A stretch of DNA of 64,000 nt, taken from positions 128,001-192,000 of the forward strand of contig CAVUKA010000003.1 in the NCBI GenBank assembly GCA_963741945.1, given 5' to 3'. Positions 27,689 to 36,400 of this stretch are shown in pieces; the first letter of the stretch is position 1, and every line of letters begins with the position of its first letter. Under the pieces are notes generated by a model. That model worked only from the letters and a program-made list of their open reading frames with translations. It had not been told where the DNA came from and made no database searches. This stretch comes from an uncultured Gemmatimonadales bacterium (GTDB lineage Bacteria > Gemmatimonadota > Gemmatimonadetes > Longimicrobiales > RSA9). The position numbers were made by a program, and so were the translations under genes.

Positions 27689-29122
27689 TCAGGCATGCGC
27701 GGGCGCATCTCCCCCGAGCGCCCATCGGACCGCGGCGACGAGCGCTTCCTCGTCCTCCGGTGCGATCGTTCGCGGGTCCAGGAGGAGCCGCCCGGCATGG
27801 ACCCGGCCGACCACCGGCGGATCCGCCGCGCGCAGCTCCCGCGCCAGCTCCTCGACGCTGCCGCCCACGGGCTCCAGCGAGACGACGATCGTGGCCAGCC
27901 CGGTCCCGGGCAGCGCGCCGCCCCCGACGGCGGAGCGCGCTTCCATCGTCGCCACCGCGACGCCGACCGCTTCCAGCCGCCGCGCGAGCCCTTCGGCCCG
28001 CTGTCGCAGGTCGGCTGTGGTGGCCGCGAGCATGCGCAATGCGGGGACACGGCTCAGGGGCTCGCCTCCCGGCCGGTACAGGGCCAGCGTGGCTTCCAGC
28101 GCGGCCAGGGTCATCTTGTCGGGCCGCAGCGCGCGAGCGAGCGGGTTGGCCCGCAGCCGCGCGACCATGTCCTCCCGCCCGAGCAGGATCCCCGCCTGCG
28201 GGCCGCCCAGCAGCTTGTCACCACTCATGGAAACGAGATCCGCGCCCGCCGCCACGGCCTCGGAAGCTGTGGTCTCGTGAGGGAGTCCGAGCGTCTCCAG
28301 GTCTATCAGCGCGCCGGAGCCCAGGTCGTGCACCACGGGAACGCCGCGCGCCCGTCCCAGCGCCACAAGCTCCGGCACGGCCACTTCCGTCGTGAATCCC
28401 TCGACGCGGAAGTTGGACCGGTGGACTTTCAGCATCACGCCGGTCTCCTCCCCCACCGCCGCCTCGTAATCCCGAAGGTGCGTGCGGTTCGTCGTGCCGA
28501 CCTCGCGCATCCGGACGCCGCTCCGTTCCATGATCTCCGGCACGCGGAATGACCCGCCGATCTCCACCAGTTCCCCCCGGCTGATCACGCCCTCCCGCCC
28601 GCGCGCCACGGTGTTGAGCGCCAGCACCAGCGCTGCGGCGTTGTTGTTCACCACGAGCGCCGCCTCTGCGCCCGTCAGCTCGCGCAGCAGGCCCACACAG
28701 TGGTCGTGCCGCGAGCCGCGCCGTCCTTCCTCGAGATCATACTCGAGGCTCGCATAGGAGCTGGCGTCCAGCACCGCCCGGACGGCTTCCGCCGCGAGCG
28801 GGGCGCGCCCAAGGTTCGTGTGCAGGACCACGCCCGTGGCGTTGATGACCCGCCGCAGCGACGGGGCGTCCGCCCGCGTCAGCCTCGCCTCCGCCGCCGC
28901 CGCGTACCACGATGCGTCCGATGGGGGCTCCGATTCTTCGGCCGCCCGCGAACCACCATCAATGTCGTCGGCCATGCGCCCGAGCCGCTCCCGCAGTTCC
29001 GCCTGGACCTCCCGGAGCGCTGCCACCGCCCGCTCTCTTCCCCAGCGCGCCACCACCGGCTCCAGTGCACGGGCTTCCAGCAGCGCGTCCACGGATGGGA
29101 TGCGGCGCCTCGGGTCCGTCAC
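27689..29122 (-). CDS. selA: L-seryl-tRNA(Sec) selenium transferase
   Basis: RRIPSVD N-terminus, VINATGVVLHTNLGRA, VNNNAAA, SRGELVEIGGSFR, EVGTTNRT and PLP lysine in SGDKLLGGPQAG; GTG 29122 overlaps the upstream stop. Confidence 0.95.
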   Translation of the reverse strand: MTDPRRRIPSVDALLEARALEPVVARWGRERAVAALREVQAELRERLGRMADDIDGGSRAAEESEPPSDASWYAAAAEARLTRADAPSLRRVINATGVVLHTNLGRAPLAAEAVRAVLDASSYASLEYDLEEGRRGSRHDHCVGLLRELTGAEAALVVNNNAAALVLALNTVARGREGVISRGELVEIGGSFRVPEIMERSGVRMREVGTTNRTHLRDYEAAVGEETGVMLKVHRSNFRVEGFTTEVAVPELVALGRARGVPVVHDLGSGALIDLETLGLPHETTASEAVAAGADLVSMSGDKLLGGPQAGILLGREDMVARLRANPLARALRPDKMTLAALEATLALYRPGGEPLSRVPALRMLAATTADLRQRAEGLARRLEAVGVAVATMEARSAVGGGALPGTGLATIVVSLEPVGGSVEELARELRAADPPVVGRVHAGRLLLDPRTIAPEDEEALVAAVRWALGGDAPAHA

Positions 29123-30606
29123 CGGCCCGGCCACCTGCCACCTCCGCTGGACGCCGGGGCCGCGGCGGGCGCACGTTGCGGCATCGCGCCCCCCGTATCG
29201 GGCGGGAGTGTCCCTGCGGGACGAGGCGGAACGGCGCTTCCCGTGTCGGGCGACGGGGGCACGGCACCGGGCGGCACCGCGGAGCCGGCGCTGTCCCGCG
29301 GGGCGGGTCCGGGCCCGCTCGCCGCCGCCGTGTCCGCGGGTGCCCACCGGGGCGTGCGGAACCGTACGCTGCCCCCGCCGCCGGGCACGTCCCGGATGTT
29401 CGTCGCCCCCGAGACCGAGACCACGTAAGTGGTATCCGGGATCAGCGGGCGATCCAGGAGCAGGATCAGCTCACGTGAGGGGAGTGGCTTTGTCGGGCTC
29501 CCGTTTCCCGCCGCTGCGCGCCGGCCACCCGCGGCCGCGTTGAGCGCTCCCGCCCGCGTCACGGGCGCGCGGGAGGCGAGTGTGTCGGAGCGGACCCTGG
29601 TGGTGTCCGCGAACGCGCGGGCCGTATCCGCGAACGCGCGGGCCGTGTCCGCCCCGGCGCTGGCGCTATCTGCGGCGGCCCGTGCGGAGTCGGCCACCGC
29701 CTGCTCCGCCGCACGGATCGAATCGAGCACCGCGGACTGAACGAGGCGGCCGGTCCCGGCCGGGACGCTGTCCGGGAGCAGGAAGACCGCGGCCTGGCCT
29801 GCGACGGGCGCGGCCGCGAAGAAATCGTCGAACTGGAGGCGGAGCTGGACGGAGTCCACCGGCTCGGCCCGGACCAGCCTGGCCGGCGTGCTGTCCCGTG
29901 GCAGCAACGCCATTTCCAGGACTGCGGTGTCGCCCGCCGCGATGCTGAACGCGGCCGTGTCCTGTGGCTCGGCGAAGTCCTCCGCCCGGTCGCCGTCCGG
30001 GTCCAGCCACGCCCGGACGTCATACGTACCGGCCGGGACGTAGCGCATGGCGAAGAACCCGGCGGTGTCCGTGACGGCCACGTACCTGGGGCCGCTGTCT
30101 CCGCGCACGGCCTCCACTCGCGCCATCGCCACCGGCTTCCCCGTGAGCCGATCCCTCACGAACCCGGCGACCCCCGTCTCCTCGAACGGCGCACCGGTGC
30201 TGAAGACCAGTTCGATCGGCGTGGTTCGCCGATTGTTGAACAGGTCACGCAGCACGGGGAGGACCACCACCCGGTAGACGAGGTCCCTCTGCCATCCGTC
30301 GGAGAGGGAGATCTCGATGGCCCGCCGGCCCCGCTTCGCCTTCACGGCCCCGGTCTCGGGCGAGACCAGCACCGCGGACCGCAGATTCGGCACACCCTCC
30401 AGGTGCTCGCTGATCCGTTCGTCGAACCGGATCACCACGGGGTCATCCAGGTCCTTCAGCGTGTCGAAGGGCAGGGGCGTCACGGACACCACTCGCGGCG
30501 GCGACTTGTCCGGCTGGCCGCCCGGAGGCGCCTTGGGCTGAGCGCACGCCGCGCTCGCCGCGACCGCCGCGACGACGAGCCACGGCGATGCGGCGCCACC
30601 CTTCAT
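29119..30606 (-). CDS. Ig-like (Big_5-type) domain lipoprotein with carboxypeptidase-regulatory-like domain and low-complexity linkers
   Basis: Lipobox SAA-C followed by AQPKAPPGG-PD-SPP; FDERI and FSTG beta-sandwich motifs; ATGA overlap with valS. Confidence 0.75.
   Translation of the reverse strand: MKGGAASPWLVVAAVAASAACAQPKAPPGGQPDKSPPRVVSVTPLPFDTLKDLDDPVVIRFDERISEHLEGVPNLRSAVLVSPETGAVKAKRGRRAIEISLSDGWQRDLVYRVVVLPVLRDLFNNRRTTPIELVFSTGAPFEETGVAGFVRDRLTGKPVAMARVEAVRGDSGPRYVAVTDTAGFFAMRYVPAGTYDVRAWLDPDGDRAEDFAEPQDTAAFSIAAGDTAVLEMALLPRDSTPARLVRAEPVDSVQLRLQFDDFFAAAPVAGQAAVFLLPDSVPAGTGRLVQSAVLDSIRAAEQAVADSARAAADSASAGADTARAFADTARAFADTTRVRSDTLASRAPVTRAGALNAAAGGRRAAAGNGSPTKPLPSRELILLLDRPLIPDTTYVVSVSGATNIRDVPGGGGSVRFRTPRWAPADTAAASGPGPAPRDSAGSAVPPGAVPPSPDTGSAVPPRPAGTLPPDTGGAMPQRAPAAAPASSGGGRWPGR
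29603..29652. repeat. Intragenic 21-bp tandem repeat (~2.4 copies) encoding ADTARAF
   Basis: GT(G/A)TCCGCGAACGCGCGGGCC at 29603-29623 and 29624-29644, plus a partial copy at 29645-29652. Confidence 0.85.
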
Positions 30607-33332
30607 GCCAGCGCCGTCAGCTTGCGCGCGAGCCGGTCCCGCTGGTCTGCCAGGCTCGCCGCCTTCTCCCGCTCCCTCGCCACCACCTCTTCCGGGGCGC
30701 GCTCCACGAACTGCGCATTCCCGAGCCGCTTCTCCGTGGACGACAGCAGCCCGTCCACCCGCTCGAGCTCGCCCCGCAGCCGCTCCCGCTCACGCGCCAG
30801 GTCGATCAGCCCCTCCAGCGGGACGAACAGTTCCGCGCCCGACTGGAGCACCGCGTGCGCGCCCGCACCCCGCTTCCCCGTGCCATCCAGGAGCAGCGAT
30901 CCGACGCCCGCAAGCCGACGCAGTGACCGCTTCTCGATCTCTGCCGCGCGCCGCAGCGCGGACGGCGCGTCCGCCAGCTCCACCGTCACTTCCGCCTTCG
31001 CCGGCACGTCGTACTCGGCGCGGATCGAGCGGACCGCATTGATCAGCTCCTGCAGAGAGCGCATCTCGCGTTCTGCTTCCGCACTCTCGCGCTCCGGCCT
31101 CGGCTCCGGCCACGCCGCGATCATCAGCGAATCGGCGCGCGCCACGTCTTCCGGCCACGGGAGGCGGCGCCAGAGCGACTCCGTGATGAAGGGCATGATC
31201 GGGTGCAGCAGCCGGAAAACACCGTCCAGCACGGCCACCAGCGTGGCCTTGGCGGCCTCCCGGCTCCCCTCCCCCGATTCGCCCAGCATCCGCACCTTCA
31301 CCAGCTCCAGGTACCAGTCCGCCACCTCGGCCCAGAAGAACGAGTGCACGGCGTCCGCCGCCTCGTGCAGCCGATAGCTTTCCAGCGCAGCGTCCACTCG
31401 CCTCGTGGTGCTGGACAGGCGGGACAGGATCCACCGGTCCGCCAGCTCCAGTCGGTCCTGCACCGCCTCGGGTGTCTTTACGGGCTCGTCGCCCAGGTTC
31501 ATGAGCGCGAAACGTCCCGCGTTCCACAGCTTGTTCGCGAAGTTGCGCCCGGGCGCGAACGCTTCCTCCAGGTCCTCGTAATTGAGCTGGATGTCCGTGC
31601 CCACCGCCGCGCCCGCCACCACCGTGTAGCGCAGCGCGTCCGCGCCGAAGCGCTCCACCACTTCCAGCGGGTCGATGCCGTTGCCCAGCGACTTCGACAT
31701 CTTCCGCCCGTGATGGTCACGCACGGTGGCATGGAGCAGAACGTCCGTGAACGGCGGCTCGCCCATGAACTCGTACCCGGCCATGATCATCCGGGCCACC
31801 CAGAAGAACAGGATCTCTGGGGCGGTCGAGAGCGTGTTCGTCGGATAGAACGCCCGCAGATCCTCCGTCTCCTCCGGCCATCCCATGGTGCTGAACGGCC
31901 AGAGCCAGCTGCTGAACCACGTGTCCAGCACGTCCGGGTCCTGCTCCAGCTCCGTCCCGCCGCACTTCGGACACGCCGTCGGGTCTTCCCGCGCGACGAT
32001 GACCTCCCCGCAGTCGTCGCTGCGGCAGTACCAGACCGGGATCCGGTGTCCCCACCACAGCTGCCGGCTGATGCACCAGTCCCGGATGTTCTCCAGCCAG
32101 TTCTCGTAGACCGTCTTCCAGTGCTCGGGCGTGAAGCGGATCGTCCCGTCCCGGCTCGCTGCCAGCGCCGGCACGGCCAGCGGCGCCATCTTCACGAACC
32201 ACTGCTCGCTCAGCCGCGGCTCCACCACCGTGTCGCACCGGTAGCACCGGGGCACCGAGTGCGTGTACTCCTCCACACGCTCCAGCAGCCCCTGCTCCTC
32301 CAGCTCCGCCACCACACGGTCCCGCGCCTCGAAACGGTCCAGCCCCACGAACTGCGCCGGCACCGCGTCGCTCATCCCGCCGGTTGGCGTGAGAACGTCG
32401 ATCGCCGGGAGATCGTGGCGTCGCCCGATCTCGAAATCGTTCGGGTCGTGCGCTGGCGTCACTTTCACTGCGCCGCTGCCGAACTCCGGGTCGACCCAGT
32501 CGTCGGCCACGATCGGGATCTCCCGCCCCGTGAGCGGGAGCATCACGCGCCGGCCCACCAGCGCGGCGAATCGCTCGTCCCCCGGGTGCACGGCCACGGC
32601 CGTGTCCCCCAGCATGGTCTCCGGCCGCGTGGTCGCCACCACGAGGTAGGGGCGACCATCGGAGAGACGGGGCAGCCCGCCCGCCTCGCCGCTCCCGGAC
32701 AGAGGGTAGCGCAGGTGGTACAGCCGACCGGCCGTCTCGTGCGGCTCCGCTTCCTCATTGCTCAGCGCCGTGAGACACCGGGGACACCAGTTGATGATGT
32801 AGTTCCCGCGATAGATCAGCCCCTTCTCGTACAGGCGAACGAACACCTCCCGTACGGCGGCCGAAAGCCCGGGATCCAGCGTGAACCGCTCCCGACTCAG
32901 GTCGAAGGAGCACCCGGTGGCTTCCAGCTGTCGGATGATCCGCGGCCGCGTCTGCCCCACCCAGTCCCACACCCTCGCCTCGAATGCGTCACGCCCCAGG
33001 TCCTGACGCGTCAGACCATCCTTCGCCAGCTGACGCTCCACCACGTTCTGCGTGGCGATGCCGGCGTGGTCGGTCCCCGGGATCCACAGCGCTTCGCGCC
33101 CCTTCATCCGCCGCCACCGGATCAGCAGGTCCTGCAGCGTGTTGTTCAGGCCGTGCCCCATGTGCAGCACGGCCGTCACGTTCGGCGGCGGGATGACGAT
33201 GACGTACGGCTCACGCTCGCCGCTCAGCACCGCTTCGGCGGACGCGCCGAAGTACCCCTTCGCGAGCCACTCCTGGTAGAGCGGCCCCTCGATCTCGGCC
33301 GGGTCGTAGGTCTTCGAAAGTGGTTCGGTCAT
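30603..33332 (-). CDS. valS: Valine--tRNA ligase
   Basis: PPPNVTAVLHMGH, GTDHAGIATQ, DWCISRQLWWGH and KMSKS motifs; C-terminal coiled coil. Confidence 0.98.
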   Translation of the reverse strand: MTEPLSKTYDPAEIEGPLYQEWLAKGYFGASAEAVLSGEREPYVIVIPPPNVTAVLHMGHGLNNTLQDLLIRWRRMKGREALWIPGTDHAGIATQNVVERQLAKDGLTRQDLGRDAFEARVWDWVGQTRPRIIRQLEATGCSFDLSRERFTLDPGLSAAVREVFVRLYEKGLIYRGNYIINWCPRCLTALSNEEAEPHETAGRLYHLRYPLSGSGEAGGLPRLSDGRPYLVVATTRPETMLGDTAVAVHPGDERFAALVGRRVMLPLTGREIPIVADDWVDPEFGSGAVKVTPAHDPNDFEIGRRHDLPAIDVLTPTGGMSDAVPAQFVGLDRFEARDRVVAELEEQGLLERVEEYTHSVPRCYRCDTVVEPRLSEQWFVKMAPLAVPALAASRDGTIRFTPEHWKTVYENWLENIRDWCISRQLWWGHRIPVWYCRSDDCGEVIVAREDPTACPKCGGTELEQDPDVLDTWFSSWLWPFSTMGWPEETEDLRAFYPTNTLSTAPEILFFWVARMIMAGYEFMGEPPFTDVLLHATVRDHHGRKMSKSLGNGIDPLEVVERFGADALRYTVVAGAAVGTDIQLNYEDLEEAFAPGRNFANKLWNAGRFALMNLGDEPVKTPEAVQDRLELADRWILSRLSSTTRRVDAALESYRLHEAADAVHSFFWAEVADWYLELVKVRMLGESGEGSREAAKATLVAVLDGVFRLLHPIMPFITESLWRRLPWPEDVARADSLMIAAWPEPRPERESAEAEREMRSLQELINAVRSIRAEYDVPAKAEVTVELADAPSALRRAAEIEKRSLRRLAGVGSLLLDGTGKRGAGAHAVLQSGAELFVPLEGLIDLARERERLRGELERVDGLLSSTEKRLGNAQFVERAPEEVVAREREKAASLADQRDRLARKLTALA

Positions 33333-33346
33333 AAGTTGTTTAGATT

Positions 33347-33384
33347 AAACGAAAAACGGCCCGGCCGCCACCGGCCGGACCGTT
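33347..33384 (-). terminator. Intrinsic terminator after the BON gene, immediately upstream of valS
   Basis: Minus-strand RNA forms a 13-bp stem AACGGUCCGGCCG/CGGCCGGGCCGUU (one G-U pair) running into UUUUUCGUUU. Confidence 0.75.
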
Positions 33385-33407
33385 CCCGCTGTCGCCAGGA
33401 GAGTTGG

Positions 33408-34100
33408 TCAGGCGCCGTCCGGCGACTCCGGCTCGGTCGAGCGCTTCGGCGTGCTGTTCGGCCTCGGCGCCGGGTCGAGCCCCGCATCGCGAATCGCTTC
33501 CTCGTCACCCGGCTTCACGTCCGCGCTCTCCACTGCCTCATCGCCCGAGATCGGGTGCACGCGGGACTCGGGCTCATCGTCGATGTTCGCCACATCCAGC
33601 TCCCGCTCCAGGAGCCGCTGGCGGTCGCTCGGCCGGTCCGGGTCCGTGGCCGGCGACTGTCGGCGCCGCCCCATGCCCACGCCCATGCCGTAGTGGTGGG
33701 ACTCGCGCAGGTCCGGCGCGCCGTCGTTCCAGCGGTGGCGAGCCGAGTCTCGCCGACCTTCCTCCTCCGCGATCACCAGACGGTTCACCACCGTGTACAC
33801 ACCCGCCGTGGCCTGGGCCGCACCCATGGCCCGCTCCGCTTCCGCCCGTTCCGCCACTTCGCCGGTGAGCTCGATCACGCCCTCGGCGATGGCGTCCACC
33901 GTGATCCGGCGGCGCGACAGCTTCGGGTCGCGCTGCAGCGCGTCCATGACCTCCGCTGCCGTTCCGCGCGGGCGTGCCCGCCCCCGTCCCGCCTCGGGCG
34001 GCCTGACCCGGCGCCACCACACCCAGGCGCCCGTGGCCACCAGTCCTGCCGAGACTCCGATCACTGCCACGATCCGTTGCCTGCCGCGATCCGCTGCCAT
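33408..34100 (-). CDS. BON domain-containing membrane-anchored protein
   Basis: N-terminal TM helix, then ALQRDPKL...ITVD...GVIELTGEV...GVYTVVNRL, then an acidic disordered tail; AGGAGG RBS. Confidence 0.82.
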   Translation of the reverse strand: MAADRGRQRIVAVIGVSAGLVATGAWVWWRRVRPPEAGRGRARPRGTAAEVMDALQRDPKLSRRRITVDAIAEGVIELTGEVAERAEAERAMGAAQATAGVYTVVNRLVIAEEEGRRDSARHRWNDGAPDLRESHHYGMGVGMGRRRQSPATDPDRPSDRQRLLERELDVANIDDEPESRVHPISGDEAVESADVKPGDEEAIRDAGLDPAPRPNSTPKRSTEPESPDGA

Positions 34101-34146
34101 GCTTCGACCGCCTCCTGACTGTGGTGGGAAATCCGTCGGCTATGCG

Positions 34147-34162
34147 TGCAAGCCATGAGCCA
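34147..34162 (-). promoter_or_regulatory. sigma54 (RpoN)-type promoter of the BON gene
   Basis: Minus strand TGGCTC-ATGGC-TTGCA, close to the TGGCAC-N5-TTGCW consensus, about 47 nt upstream of the ATG. Confidence 0.6.
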
Positions 34163-34179
34163 GCGTGGCGGCCACCGGG

Positions 34180-34992
34180 TCAGCTGCCGCCGCTATCCCC
34201 GGACCCGCCGCCGTTCTCCGCCGCCTTCCGCTCGGCACGTTCCTTGTCCCGCCGCTCCCGGATCGCTTTCACCCGGTCCTTGAAGCTCTCCAGCACCGCG
34301 GCGCGATCCACCTGGTTCTCCAGCTCGATCCAGCGCGAGGCCTTCGGGTCGAACTCGTCGTCCGAAAGGATGAAGATGGGAAGCGGGAGCGTCATCTTGC
34401 CCAGGTGAAGCTGGCCGGGGCTGATCCCCCACTTTCCGCCGTTCTTGTCCTCCACGGTCCAGTCGTGGCTGCGGAGCGCCCGGTCCGTTGCCGCGAGCGC
34501 CGAGTCGTTCAACATCTCCACGGCGGCGCTCAGCCGGTCCTCCACTTCCGACAGTGTGGGCGCGTGCGGCACGAGCACCATCGGCTCGTAGAAACGGGGA
34601 TCGACCACACGTGGCGCCAGCCGGTCCGCGGCCGATTGAACGTCCGGTCTGCGCGCTTCCACGTCGCCGGCCGGAGGTGCGGGAGCCGACCGCGGCGCAG
34701 GCTCCGGCTCCGGAGCCACGGGGCGCGGCCGCGGGGGAATGGACGTGGCTTCCGTATTCGGCTCCACCACGGCGAGCTGCACCGCCCGCATTCCGTGCGG
34801 CGGCACCACCACCACGCTCCGGGGACGGACGGCCGGCGGCGGCTCCGGCGTGAGGAGATCGCTCACCCAGGCAATGGCGAGAACGTGCACCAGTACGGAT
34901 ACGATGAATCCCACCCGAAGCGCCCGGCGCTCCCGGCCCCGCCGCCGCGCCGACCCCGGTCGCGCTCCGTCGTGCCCGCTGATGCTCGCCAT
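34180..34992 (-). CDS. Hypothetical membrane-anchored Pro-rich protein (TonB/TolA-like N-terminus)
   Basis: Basic N-terminus, one TM helix with S-x3-H (SVLVH), Pro-rich linker and an unrecognised C-terminal domain. Confidence 0.75.
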   Translation of the reverse strand: MASISGHDGARPGSARRRGRERRALRVGFIVSVLVHVLAIAWVSDLLTPEPPPAVRPRSVVVVPPHGMRAVQLAVVEPNTEATSIPPRPRPVAPEPEPAPRSAPAPPAGDVEARRPDVQSAADRLAPRVVDPRFYEPMVLVPHAPTLSEVEDRLSAAVEMLNDSALAATDRALRSHDWTVEDKNGGKWGISPGQLHLGKMTLPLPIFILSDDEFDPKASRWIELENQVDRAAVLESFKDRVKAIRERRDKERAERKAAENGGGSGDSGGS

Positions 34993-35060
34993 GTCCGGAG
35001 TTGATAACCCGCTCGGCGGCTTCAGGTCCTTGGGGACCAGGCCGCGCCCGGACCGCCGCG

Positions 35061-36221
35061 CTACAGCACCCGCCCGAGGCGCGCTGCCGCCTCTTCGAGG
35101 CGCGACTCACCCCTGGTCAGCGCGATCCGCAGGAACCCCTCACCCCCGGCGCCCAGCGCGGCGCCCGGCATGATCACGACGCCTTCCTCCTGCAGCGCGC
35201 GCATGGCGAACGCCTCCGACGGCTCGCCGCCGGGCACCGGCACCCAGAGGTACATGGTGGCCCGGGGAGGCTCCACGTCGAAGCCCGCCTTGCGCAGCGC
35301 CTTCACCGCCACGTCGCGCCGGCGCTGGAACGCCGCCACGTTCCCTGGCACGAAGTCCTCGTAGCTCTCGAGCGCAGCCCGCGCGCCCGCCTGCACGGCC
35401 ATGAAGTGGCCCGTGTCCACGAACGTCTTCACCCGCTGGAGCGCCGAAACGAGAGCGGCATCACCGGCGGCCCAGCCCACGCGCCACCCGGTCATGTTGT
35501 ACGTCTTGGAGAACGAGTGGAACTCGAGGGCCACTTCCGCCGCCCCATCGATCTCCAGGATGCTCGGCGGGCGGTAGCCGTCATACGCGATCTCGCTGTA
35601 GGCGTTGTCATAGCAGAGCACGGAGTCGTGCTCTCGACACCACGCCACGGCATCCTCCAGGTACGCGCGCGGCGCGGCCGCCGCCGTGGGATTGTTGGGA
35701 TAGTTGAGGTAGACGATCCGGGTCCGCCGCGCCACGTCCTCCGGAATGGTCTCGAACGGGATCAGGAATTCGTGCTCCGGGCGGAGCGGGACGAGGTACG
35801 GCTCGCCGCCGGCCAGCAGCGTGCCCCCGCGGTACGGCTGGTATCCGGGGTCCGGCACCACCGTCGCATCGCCGGGACCCACGAAGCCGAACGCCAGGTG
35901 CGCGATCCCCTCCTTCGAGCCGATCAGCGGCAGTACTTCGGCCATCGGATCCAGCGCCACCCCGAAGCGCCCCTCCATCCACACCGCGATCGCCTCGCGC
36001 AGCTCCACCAGCCCGAGCTGAAACCCGTACCGGTTCATCGGCACGTCGTCGATCGCCCGCTTCACTGCCGCCACGGCGGCGGCCGGAGGCGCCAGGTCGG
36101 CATCGCCGGCTCCGAGGTCGATCACGTCCACACCCCTCGCCCGCAGCTCCCGCCGGATGCGGGGAACCTCGGCCAGGGGGTACGCGGGGAAATCGTCGAA
36201 TCGTGCGTGTACCTTGGGCAT
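35061..36221 (-). CDS. Class I/II PLP aminotransferase, probable LL-diaminopimelate aminotransferase
   Basis: Start ATG 36221; VIDLGAGD, LIGSKEGIAH, LNYPNNPT, DNAYSE and EFHSFSKTYNMTGWRVG motifs. Substrate is inferred. Confidence 0.85.
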   Translation of the reverse strand: MPKVHARFDDFPAYPLAEVPRIRRELRARGVDVIDLGAGDADLAPPAAAVAAVKRAIDDVPMNRYGFQLGLVELREAIAVWMEGRFGVALDPMAEVLPLIGSKEGIAHLAFGFVGPGDATVVPDPGYQPYRGGTLLAGGEPYLVPLRPEHEFLIPFETIPEDVARRTRIVYLNYPNNPTAAAAPRAYLEDAVAWCREHDSVLCYDNAYSEIAYDGYRPPSILEIDGAAEVALEFHSFSKTYNMTGWRVGWAAGDAALVSALQRVKTFVDTGHFMAVQAGARAALESYEDFVPGNVAAFQRRRDVAVKALRKAGFDVEPPRATMYLWVPVPGGEPSEAFAMRALQEEGVVIMPGAALGAGGEGFLRIALTRGESRLEEAAARLGRVL

Positions 36222-36400
36222 CGCAGCGCGCTTGCATGGGTGAACGTCCCGGTCGCCGGCAATCGAATGCGACGGAGCATCGGGGGCAAGAGCGTCCGCC
36301 CGACCGACCTTGTGGCCCACCTCCGAAGCGCCCACATTTCCTGTCAGCCCCCCTCCGCGCGCTCCCGTGCGGCCGCCGTGGTCCTCGAACAGGGACGACC

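Noticed and set aside
29603-29652. Short direct repeats as a CRISPR array
   Set aside because: They are in-frame coding tandem repeats with no spacers.
33333-33407. T-box riboswitch upstream of valS
   Set aside because: Only 75 nt of intergenic space, with no T-box consensus or stem I.
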